A stretch of DNA of 32,000 nt, taken from Hyperthermus butylicus DSM 5456. Lineage in GTDB: Archaea > Thermoproteota > Thermoprotei_A > Sulfolobales > Pyrodictiaceae. A program made the translations under genes and the position numbers. Positions 24,384 to 31,789 of the stretch are shown here, piece by piece; positions within the stretch are counted from its first letter, which is position 1, and each line of letters starts with the position of its first letter. The stretch lies in assembly GCF_000015145.1 (NCBI RefSeq), contig NC_008818.1, positions 420,001 through 452,000 of the forward strand, read 5' to 3'. The notes under the pieces are model-generated. The model made no database searches. It had not been told where the DNA came from and saw only the letters and a list, made by a program, of their open reading frames with translations.

Positions 24384-25532
24384 TTAATGCTCTGTTACGT
24401 CTATGAGTTCCAGGTTGCGTATCTTGAACCGCTCCTCTAACGCTACTAGGCCGCGTTCGTGATAGCCTTTAGCCTCCCAGTAGCCGTCAGTGTAGCCTTC
24501 GAGTAGGTGTATCTCGGTGAGCCACTTGGTGTGCTTCCAGCCATACAGCCTGGGGAGTACTAGCCTGGCTGGCGCGCCACGGTCTCTGTCAAGCTGCTTC
24601 CCCTCCAGGCCTATCGCTATGTAGCCGTACTCGAGAGCTTCCTGGAGCGGGACGATAGAGGCGTATCCTCCAGCGCTGCGGGCTAGAAGCCAGCCCCCGG
24701 ACGGCACCTCAGCCCCAGCCAAGCGGAGAACCTCGCGCAACGGGGCGGCTAGCCAACGCTTCCCCCTGACGCTCCAGCCGGTGACGCAGTGCATATCTAG
24801 CACGAGCCACTCAGCAGTCTCCCCAAGGATTCCCTGGTCTATCACCGTGATGCCCCGGGGCGTGTAGACCCGTATCGTAGCGTTGCTGGGCACTGCCTCA
24901 GGAGGACCCTCAGCTGCATAGGTGACGAAACGTGGTATAGCCTTTTGACCGGCGGGTTCACCATCGCCAGGCTCGAGCACCGGCCGGGAAAGGTAGACGG
25001 GTGGCTCCACTGCTTCACCTATCCTCAGCACTGCACCCTTCTCCAGACGCTCTCTAACACCATCGTCTACACGAGCCATGAGGCTCACAGGGAGCACAGC
25101 TGTAGCTGTTAGCACGACGCCTCGAGCCTCTACGACTCGGGCCTCGCCTCCGCCTCGCAGTGGAGCACTGTGTACTGTGAACCTTCTGCGGGCAAGCGGC
25201 TCCACGCTGTAACCCGTGGCTTCGAGGGCCTCCTTGAGGCCGAGACCATGGTCTAGGAGCCGGAGGAGCCCCTCTATCGCCGCGTGGGCCTCGCCTCGGG
25301 CGCCCACCTTACCCGTCACTGTACAGTCTGCAACTACTATGGGCTCTGGCGCTGCTAATCGATTCAAGTAGACCCTGCATCCATGAACCTCGGCTGGCAA
25401 GCCAGGGTCCCCCCAACGCCCCCAGGGAGGGGGCCAGGCTTCAAGCCTCACTACATTTATGACATGTCCCTCGGATAACATCATCAACTCCTCTGTGAAG
25501 CCGTGGATATGTGATGCTTGTACCACTGTCAT
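24384..25532 (-). CDS. Sulfite-oxidase-family molybdopterin-binding domain protein with an unrecognised ~200-aa N-terminal region
   Basis: The C-terminal half (VLDMHCVTGWSVRGKRWLAAPLREVL ... GAPARLVLPRLYGWKHTKWLTEIHLL..YTDGYWEAKGYH) matches the oxidoreductase molybdopterin-binding fold (YedY/MsrP/SO family), including the Cys-x-x-G-W-S region. I recognise no Tat or Sec signal. Confidence 0.7.
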   Translation of the reverse strand: MTVVQASHIHGFTEELMMLSEGHVINVVRLEAWPPPWGRWGDPGLPAEVHGCRVYLNRLAAPEPIVVADCTVTGKVGARGEAHAAIEGLLRLLDHGLGLKEALEATGYSVEPLARRRFTVHSAPLRGGGEARVVEARGVVLTATAVLPVSLMARVDDGVRERLEKGAVLRIGEAVEPPVYLSRPVLEPGDGEPAGQKAIPRFVTYAAEGPPEAVPSNATIRVYTPRGITVIDQGILGETAEWLVLDMHCVTGWSVRGKRWLAAPLREVLRLAGAEVPSGGWLLARSAGGYASIVPLQEALEYGYIAIGLEGKQLDRDRGAPARLVLPRLYGWKHTKWLTEIHLLEGYTDGYWEAKGYHERGLVALEERFKIRNLELIDVTEH

Positions 25533-25623
25533 ACCCTCGGCTAGTCTGAGAGTATTCCATTCGACCTGGTACCGCGCAGTGTCGCGGAGCCGGGAAACAT
25601 CGAGGCATTAAGGAGTACATAGC

Positions 25624-25917
25624 CTACCGCTTTACTCTTATACAGCTGCTTTGCTCGCTAACTACGAGGCGTGAATCTGCCAGATATATTCTCCTACACG
25701 CCCATACGGTGTAGCCTCGTAAGGCTTGAAGTGAACCAGCAACGAAAAGTATGGCTGCAGGTAGTGCAAGCGCCATGGAGTATGGCGGGTACTTGTTTAG
25801 TCTTGCTGCGCTAGCGTATGCAGCTAACTCTAGCGCTAAGGCCACAAGCGCTATGGGCTTTGCAGTGTAGGGGGCTGCTAAGAGGGCTAGGGGTGGCGCA
25901 TAAATCAACATGACCAT
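25624..25917 (-). CDS. Small hydrophobic protein (97 aa), possibly the detached C-terminal membrane part of the upstream GT2 gene
   Basis: It contains about three hydrophobic helices (PPLALLAAPYTAKPIALVALALELAAYA, MALALPAAILFVAGSL). Its reading frame stays open upstream to about 25995, inside the GT2 gene. Confidence 0.4.
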   Translation of the reverse strand: MVMLIYAPPLALLAAPYTAKPIALVALALELAAYASAARLNKYPPYSMALALPAAILFVAGSLQALRGYTVWACRRIYLADSRLVVSEQSSCIRVKR

Positions 25918-25955
25918 TACTGCTAGAGCTGCGGCTCTCTCAGCTCGTGGATAAT

Positions 25956-26804
25956 CTAGGAGTATCTTGCCGAGAAGTAAAAGTAGTCCCTAACACTCTT
26001 CACCGCATCTACTGCTACCATCTCGCGGGCATCAAAGATCTTTAGTTCTACATTCTTTGCTGCCGCGAGACTAGCAAAAGCCACATCTTCTGTAACCCTT
26101 TGCTTGACCACTCTATGGCCTCCGAGCTCGGCATAGAGCTGTCTCCTTATGGCCCAGCAGCATCCATAAATCCATGGCTTGCTTTTTCTATGGTGCCCAG
26201 CTAACCCTTGTATGATCGCTGTTACTACTGTTTCGAAGCCTATACAGAGCCGGGATTTTCCACAGTTGAAAAGGGGTACGAAGCTCACTATAACCCTACT
26301 ATTTGGGTTGCAAAGAACTCTCTGCACTACTGATAATATACAACCCGTGTTTATTAGCTCCACATCAGAGTCTAGGAAGAACAATATGTCGCCACGCGCA
26401 ATATTTGCACCAACCCATAACGCGTAGCTCTTGGGAAGCCAATCTCTTGGCGTAGAGTCTATCCGCACGTAACGTACATGCGCCGCTGTAGGGTGCTGCC
26501 GCACTATTTCCACTACGTTCGCAGTGCTAGCATCATCCACTACTATCAGTTCCAGCTTATATCTTTCAACATACCCCTTTAGAGCATCTAGGAGCTTCCT
26601 AAGCCCTTCACGGTTATTACGTACAACAACTATGACCGAAATCAAACACTTAGCCTCCACCCTCCCCGAACAGTTCAGTTTAAACGTACCATGCGCAATA
26701 CTACGCCTAACTCCGAACAGGATATGATGCCACAGCAGCGCCAGAAGGAGCGTGAATAGCAGCGCCACGACTTCTAGGCCTTGAAGAGCTGCTATGGACA
26801 TCAC
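25956..26804 (-). CDS. Family 2 glycosyltransferase (GT-A fold) with an N-terminal transmembrane helix
   Basis: ISVIVVVRNNREGL ... LIVVDDASTANV ... WLPKSYALWVGANIARGDILFFLDSDV carries the DxD-type motifs of GT2 enzymes. The N-terminal hydrophobic segment is LEVVALLFTLLLALLW. Confidence 0.8.
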   Translation of the reverse strand: MMSIAALQGLEVVALLFTLLLALLWHHILFGVRRSIAHGTFKLNCSGRVEAKCLISVIVVVRNNREGLRKLLDALKGYVERYKLELIVVDDASTANVVEIVRQHPTAAHVRYVRIDSTPRDWLPKSYALWVGANIARGDILFFLDSDVELINTGCILSVVQRVLCNPNSRVIVSFVPLFNCGKSRLCIGFETVVTAIIQGLAGHHRKSKPWIYGCCWAIRRQLYAELGGHRVVKQRVTEDVAFASLAAAKNVELKIFDAREMVAVDAVKSVRDYFYFSARYS

Positions 26805-26876
26805 CTAGGTACTAGGCTATAATGCACTGAGTTTATAGCCAGGCTTTCACTAAGCGGCTGGCCGGGTGCTAAGCCT

Positions 26877-27146
26877 ATGCCCGTGGAGGTAAAGAGCGAA
26901 GAGGAATTCCTAAAGGTGCTTGAACGGGCACGTGAGTGCAGGGTTAAACTTGGATACAGGCGTAAGGAGACGGAAGAGGGAACGAGAAGGATTAGAGTCC
27001 TAAAGGTTAAGGCACGAACGCCAAAGTATCTCTACACACTGGTATTCGAAGACATTGACAAGGGTATCGAGTTCATAAAAACAATTAAGGATAAGTGTCA
27101 AAATCTCGTCATATTCGACGAAGAGGTAAGAAACAAGCTCGCATAA
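26877..27146 (+). CDS. rpl38e: 50S ribosomal protein L38e (eL38)
   Basis: 89-aa ORF. EEFLKVLERAREC ... VKARTPKYLYTLVFEDIDKG parallels eukaryotic eL38 (IKDFLLTARRKDAK ... VRCSRYLYTLVITDKEKA). Confidence 0.7.
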   Translation: MPVEVKSEEEFLKVLERARECRVKLGYRRKETEEGTRRIRVLKVKARTPKYLYTLVFEDIDKGIEFIKTIKDKCQNLVIFDEEVRNKLA

Positions 27147-27387
27147 CTCCTCGCGTCAAAACTCAGCAACAGCGTAGCAGCACAGCTTCTTTCAACCATA
27201 TACTTCCACTCTTCGCATAGTAATCGAATACCAGTACGTAGAACACTATCAACACAAAATAGAGATTATATCTCCTTAGTGTTTCTCGTAGAAATCCGCA
27301 CATAGGTATGTATAGATTGCTGGAAGAACTGACAGCGAAAAGCCAGAACATGTGTGATGGATGGGGCGGCGGGCACCCGGGGGAGGG

Positions 27388-27553
27388 TGGTCCCGCCGCG
27401 GGGATTCGAACCCCGGACCGCCCGGTTTCTGCTGCGGCCCCCGCTGCTATGCCGACGCGCCCTCATCCGCTCCCCATTGCGGGGTTGTCGGGCGCGCGGG
27501 GGGCCTACCCGCCCCACCTACAGCCGGGCGCTCTGCCGCTGAGCTACGGCGGG
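27388..27553 (-). tRNA. tRNA-Tyr (anticodon GUA) with a 91-nt intron at canonical position 37/38; CCA encoded
   Basis: Hand fold on the minus strand: acceptor cccgccg/cggcggg (C1-G72, the archaeal/eukaryal Tyr identity pair), D arm gctc-agcggca-gagc, anticodon stem cccgg/ccggg, loop ctGTAg[intron]a, variable loop cggtc, T arm cgggg-ttcgaat-ccccg, discriminator A, then CCA. The mature length is 75 nt. Confidence 0.9.
27427..27517 (-). other. tRNA-Tyr intron (91 nt, GC-rich) with a bulge-helix-bulge-compatible junction
   Basis: Hand pairing: C32 U33 G34 U35 pair with intron GCAG (27432-27429). The 3-nt bulges are A36-G37-G and A-A-A38, with both cleavage sites after the second bulge nucleotide. 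The inner helix is imperfect (UG.GGC / GCC.CA). Confidence 0.75.
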
Positions 27554-27574
27554 ATCCAGCGGTGGACCGCCATG

Positions 27575-27581
27575 TATTATT
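27575..27581 (-). promoter_or_regulatory. TATA-like element (aataata on the minus strand) upstream of tRNA-Tyr
   Basis: It is centred about 25 nt upstream of the mature tRNA 5' end. A second candidate, tttatag, lies at 27585-27591. Confidence 0.3.
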
Positions 27582-27621
27582 GGATACCTCATCTACTTAG
27601 CTGGCTATAAACCTTTCTGTT

Positions 27622-28398
27622 TTATATATCTATTGTGCAAGGTGGCAACTTCGTATCAGAACTAGTAGTCACGACTATGCATTGCTTCGCGTAGCTACAG
27701 ATGTGCTCGATGACTGCATCAGTTAGGTCTAGAGGCTCGACTAGAACTAGAAGACTGGGCTTCGATTTTTCTACGGCTGCGAGCGCGTGCTCTACCTTCT
27801 CGACTACTGATATAACGTTCCCAAGCTCTATTAGCTCTGCGTTAGCCAGCTTTAGTTCTCCTATCACTCCTTTAAAGTCTATGACTAGTGTCTTTGTTGT
27901 TGAGCTGGAGGCTATTCTCTTGACTGTTCTCTCAGCTACAGCTATGGAGGCTACTTCTACAGCACATATCCTTGTCCCATTACTACACGGCCTTACTATC
28001 ATGGCCTCAGTATAGTCGCGAATTAAGCTTGTAAGCTCACTGTAACCCACATCCCTACCATAAACGTATAGTCTCGCCATATCTGGCTCAGCCGCGACTA
28101 GCTTCACCTTGACATGTCGAGATAGGCTCCGGAGAATCTCCTCAAGCTTTACGGTATCGGCTCTCATTACCTCAGTCCGTGTAAGCCTCGGAAATACAAT
28201 CTCTACACAGATACCACCACCACTACGGAACTTGAGAGAGGCAACAATCACTACCACTGCAACAGCTCCCATAAGGAGAGTAAGCAGCTGGGATTCATTC
28301 ACTGCGTTAACTAAGCTGGAGCCCAGCCCCAGCCCATACAGCATACTTGCCACTGCGAGAAATAGTAGCAGAACCGCGACAACGAAACCCTGCCCCAT
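27622..28398 (-). CDS. Hypothetical membrane-anchored protein (258 aa), family not recognised
   Basis: There are two N-terminal hydrophobic helices (FVVAVLLLFLAVASMLYGLGLG and LLTLLMGAVAVVVIVASL), followed by a ~190-aa soluble alpha/beta-looking region. I recognise no Walker A or other catalytic motif. Confidence 0.6.
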   Translation of the reverse strand: MGQGFVVAVLLLFLAVASMLYGLGLGSSLVNAVNESQLLTLLMGAVAVVVIVASLKFRSGGGICVEIVFPRLTRTEVMRADTVKLEEILRSLSRHVKVKLVAAEPDMARLYVYGRDVGYSELTSLIRDYTEAMIVRPCSNGTRICAVEVASIAVAERTVKRIASSSTTKTLVIDFKGVIGELKLANAELIELGNVISVVEKVEHALAAVEKSKPSLLVLVEPLDLTDAVIEHICSYAKQCIVVTTSSDTKLPPCTIDI

Positions 28399-28491
28399 GC
28401 TGCTTGTGGTGCTCGTAGCTAGCCCACTTGCTAACTATCCCGGATCAACCTGTAGGCGGAGCCCACCGGAACTAATCCCACACCGGGAATG

Positions 28492-28863
28492 TTAGCTCCT
28501 CGGTGCAACCTTAACGTATACCTTCTCTACAGGTGCCAGGTCTAACTCTTTGCGAGACCTTATAATGAAGAGTAGTCCCCCCATGGATATTAGTGCCGCG
28601 TAGGTCTCCCCATCCCTCTTGATAGACACAACTGTACCCCTACCAACAAAGTCAACGCCGTCTCGATATTCTGGCACACTACGGGATAACTCGACCAGAA
28701 CATTATCACCTTCTTTGAAGACTATTAGCTCACTATGAGTGTCCATTTCAACCTCGTACTCGCCATTATTGCTCTTTATCCTAGTTACGTAGAGCTTTGG
28801 TATTAGCTCGGGCTCGACAGATACCACCGTTCCTTCAAAGGCTACAATGGCTTCTCCAGCCAC
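28492..28863 (-). CDS. rpo8: RNA polymerase subunit Rpo8 (RpoG, Rpb8 orthologue)
   Basis: 123-aa ORF. The C-terminal YAALISMGGLLFIIRS parallels the eukaryotic Rpb8 motif AVYYSFGGLLMRLEG. The size and OB-fold-like beta-rich pattern fit crenarchaeal Rpo8. Confidence 0.65.
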   Translation of the reverse strand: MAGEAIVAFEGTVVSVEPELIPKLYVTRIKSNNGEYEVEMDTHSELIVFKEGDNVLVELSRSVPEYRDGVDFVGRGTVVSIKRDGETYAALISMGGLLFIIRSRKELDLAPVEKVYVKVAPRS

Positions 28864-28970
28864 AGCTCGGTTCCCCCCAGCTGTAATGCACCAGGTTTCT
28901 GTAGATCTGCCCTAAACACTACCTATTATATAGCACTCCAGCCACCCCTACCACCTCCGGTGTAGTTGTA

Positions 28971-29429
28971 GTGGCGTCGATAATGTCTCCGACACCAACG
29001 CGCAGGTTTCTAGCTGAGCTACAAAACCTGGTAGGTAAACGCGTCGAAGTAGTATTGGTTAACGGGCAGAGGTATCGTGGAACCCTGCTGGGCTTCGATC
29101 ATCCAGAACTGAACCTCGTACTCGGAGACGTTGAAGCCGAAAGGGAGAAAGTACCACGGCTATTCCTAATGGGCCGTGTAATAGCCGAGATAAGAGCCTA
29201 TGAGCTAATGCTCTTTGATGCCAGAGAGTTTGCAGACTATATAGTCAGAAAGCTTGGACTACGTCCTGACGCTGTAAGAGTCTACGAGGATGCCGGCGTA
29301 GTAGTAGTCTATAATAGTATAAGAGTCACAGCAAACGGCGTAGAAGGGGCTGGCACTCTCGCCGCAAAGATTAGCTACCTTCTGAAGGAGTATCTTGAGG
29401 CTAAGAGGAGGGGCGAGAAGCCCGCTTGA
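28971..29429 (+). CDS. Sm-like archaeal protein with a C-terminal extension (SmAP3 type)
   Basis: The Sm1/Sm2 pattern is LVGKRVEVVLVNGQRYRGTLLGFDHPELNLVLGDVE ... LFLMGRVIAEI, followed by an extra ~70-aa domain. The 152-aa total compares with the ~150-aa SmAP3 described in Pyrobaculum. The start is GTG 28971 or the in-frame ATG 28983. Confidence 0.65.
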   Translation: MASIMSPTPTRRFLAELQNLVGKRVEVVLVNGQRYRGTLLGFDHPELNLVLGDVEAEREKVPRLFLMGRVIAEIRAYELMLFDAREFADYIVRKLGLRPDAVRVYEDAGVVVVYNSIRVTANGVEGAGTLAAKISYLLKEYLEAKRRGEKPA

Positions 29430-31009
29430 AGCGCGAGATAGGAGTTTTTGAAATCCGCGAAAAAGACCTAGCGGGAAGAATAGCTAGACTCTATACTCCA
29501 CACGGCGTACTCGAAACTCCTGCACTACTGCCAGTGATAGACCCGGTTAGGCAAGAGGTACCACTGGTCGAGATCAAGAGGCTCGGCTTTAACGCCGTGA
29601 TAACAAACGCCTATCTACTCTGGAAACGGCTTGGCGAGCAAGCGGCAGAGAAGGGCGTACATGGAGTCTTAGGCTTTGAAGGCATAGTAATGACTGACTC
29701 TGGTGCCTACCAGCTACTCGAATACGGCCATGTGGAGGTTGAGCCAAGAGAAATAGTTGAGTACGAGAAGAAGATAGGTAGCGATATTGCTGTAATCCTG
29801 GACGTACCAACGGGGAATACGAGGGATAGGAAACAAGCCGAAGAGAGTGTTAGGGAGACACTTAGACGCGCCGAGGAGGCGCAAAGCTACATAGATCCCG
29901 ATAAGAGAATATGGACCCTACCCATCCAGGGCGGCCCCTTCATAGACCTTGTCCGCGAAAGCGCGGAGAAAGCCAGGAAGCTCAAGGACTACAAGCTATA
30001 CGCCCTTGGGAGCCCAACGGTTCTCCTCGAGAGGTATGAATACAGTACGCTACTAGACATGGTATTTACAGCAAGGTTTAGTCTACCAGTTACAAGGCCG
30101 CTACACCTCTTCGGAGCAGGACACCCAATGATAATACCTTTCGCAGTCGCGCTGGGCGTAGACATGTTCGACTCAGCATCTTACATCCTCTACGCGAGGG
30201 ATAACCGGTACATGACCCTAACAAAGACCTATCGGCTAGAAAACCTAGAGTATTTCCCCTGCAGCTGCCCTGTGTGCAGTAGGTATACACCACAAGAGTT
30301 GAGAGAAATGCCGCGCGATGAGAGGGTAAAGTTGCTCGCCTTACACAACCTATACGTACTCCGACAAGCAATAAACGAGGTTAAGACGGCAATCCGTGAG
30401 GGCAGGCTGTGGGAGCTGCTGGAGGAAAGGAGTAGAGCCCACCCATCCCTAGCAACAGCCTTCGCAAAATTCAGACAGTACATCGAGAAGATAGAGCAGC
30501 TAGCACCACGTGTAAAGACAGGGTTTGTAAGAGGCCTACTCCTTTACGGTTCTGAAAGCCTCTACAACCCTAGAGTAGTAGCCTATAGGCGCAGCATAAG
30601 AATAAACTACAAGCCGCGCATAAGGGGAGAGCTAAAGCTAATACCTGTATCACCGTTCGAGAAGCCATTCACGTCATCAAAGCTGTACCGCAGTATCAAA
30701 AAAGGCAGACGAGACATCCACGTGGTAGGATACATGTTGTACCTCGGCCCTATACCAGAGGAGCTGGCTGAGACCTATCCTGGCTCACAGTTTGAGGTAA
30801 ACCTAACACCATACTGGGAGGTTGTTGAAGAAACCGCAAGGAGCATAGCAGAGTACGTGGAGGCAAACAAGGCCAACTATACAAGCATAGAGATATACTA
30901 CTGTCAGGGCGATGGGCTCAAGTGGAGTAGGCCCGTTGCGGAGAAAACAACGGAGCTACTAAGGAAAAGAGGTGTAGAAGTTAAGCTGGCTGAGCTTGGA
31001 GAGTGCTAA
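29426..31009 (+). CDS. tgtA: Archaeosine tRNA-guanine transglycosylase (ArcTGT); no recognisable C-terminal PUA domain
   Basis: 527-aa ORF with VMTDSGAYQ, LFGAGHP, DSASY and the zinc site CSCPVCS ... H. The start overlaps the SmAP3 stop by 4 nt. Confidence 0.88.
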   Translation: MKREIGVFEIREKDLAGRIARLYTPHGVLETPALLPVIDPVRQEVPLVEIKRLGFNAVITNAYLLWKRLGEQAAEKGVHGVLGFEGIVMTDSGAYQLLEYGHVEVEPREIVEYEKKIGSDIAVILDVPTGNTRDRKQAEESVRETLRRAEEAQSYIDPDKRIWTLPIQGGPFIDLVRESAEKARKLKDYKLYALGSPTVLLERYEYSTLLDMVFTARFSLPVTRPLHLFGAGHPMIIPFAVALGVDMFDSASYILYARDNRYMTLTKTYRLENLEYFPCSCPVCSRYTPQELREMPRDERVKLLALHNLYVLRQAINEVKTAIREGRLWELLEERSRAHPSLATAFAKFRQYIEKIEQLAPRVKTGFVRGLLLYGSESLYNPRVVAYRRSIRINYKPRIRGELKLIPVSPFEKPFTSSKLYRSIKKGRRDIHVVGYMLYLGPIPEELAETYPGSQFEVNLTPYWEVVEETARSIAEYVEANKANYTSIEIYYCQGDGLKWSRPVAEKTTELLRKRGVEVKLAELGEC

Positions 31010-31014
31010 ACAGC

Positions 31015-31767
31015 TTACATGTAGGCACGCTCGCTGCTCGGTGGAATAAGCGCCTCTTTCTGCTGCTGCTCCATCAACACTATCATTTCCTCAATCTTGC
31101 GAGCCTCTTCTAGCAATTCATCAACACCTATGGAGAAGCCGTAGAGCTTGTTGATGACCTCAATAGCAGCCGCTGCCGCACGAGGGTCGGGGCGAGCCGT
31201 CTCTGTGTAGGGTAGCAGAGCTACAGCAGGATAGCCATAAACCTCGGCGTATAGTAGGAGGAGCGCTAGAGGACCAATAACGTAGAGGCCCTTATCCATC
31301 TTGGGGGCATCAAGACTTCTAGAATATGCTGCTGTTGCTACCCACCTAAACTTCTCATCGCCCTGCTTATACCTTGCATCAAATCCTCCTATGAGTACTG
31401 CCTCTGGGATATTCCTCTCCACCAGGAACCTTACTATAGCTTCAGCAAATCTTGCACGCTCATACACAACCGGTATATCATGGTTTACAAGAAGCAAAAT
31501 ACGGAAATCGTCACGAGGCATACACGAGTATAGGGTAAAGGGCGCAACTATACCGCTAGACCCTGGAGTTACAGCCTCCGGCATGTACTTTGTAAGCACA
31601 AAACCGGCCTTGCTACAGTTCGCCTTCTCAGCCAAGTGGAGTGTTGCTATATATCCTACAGCACCATATCCCTTAAATCCAGACACAAATAGACTTGCTC
31701 CCTCTAAGAGTGCCTCATCGTAAGCTATCCTTATCCCCTTATACTCAAACCTAGCCCTAAACGCCAA
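31015..31767 (-). CDS. PAC2 (proteasome assembly chaperone 2)-family protein
   Basis: 250-aa ORF. LFVSGFKGYGAVGYIATLHLAEK near the N-terminus matches the PAC2/COG1938 pattern (GfpG.G.vG). The C-terminal part is helical and acidic. Confidence 0.6.
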   Translation of the reverse strand: MAFRARFEYKGIRIAYDEALLEGASLFVSGFKGYGAVGYIATLHLAEKANCSKAGFVLTKYMPEAVTPGSSGIVAPFTLYSCMPRDDFRILLLVNHDIPVVYERARFAEAIVRFLVERNIPEAVLIGGFDARYKQGDEKFRWVATAAYSRSLDAPKMDKGLYVIGPLALLLLYAEVYGYPAVALLPYTETARPDPRAAAAAIEVINKLYGFSIGVDELLEEARKIEEMIVLMEQQQKEALIPPSSERAYM

Positions 31768-31789
31768 GCCCGCATAACCCTAAGCTCAG

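Noticed and set aside
27163-27351. 62-aa hydrophobic ORF in the AT-rich spacer next to tRNA-Tyr
   Set aside because: It has low-complexity aromatic/aliphatic composition in AT-rich DNA, no Shine-Dalgarno or TATA at a sensible distance, and no motif. I considered it as a remnant of an integrated element but found no integrase or att repeat.
27427-27517. C/D box guide RNA inside the tRNA-Tyr intron
   Set aside because: There is only a degenerate ggatgag and no CUGA boxes on the transcribed strand, so the Haloferax tRNA-Trp precedent does not apply.
27266-27610. Four overlapping ORFs (62-100 aa, both strands) across 27266-27610
   Set aside because: They are artefacts of the GC-rich tRNA-Tyr gene and its intron, with Arg/Pro/Gly-rich translations.
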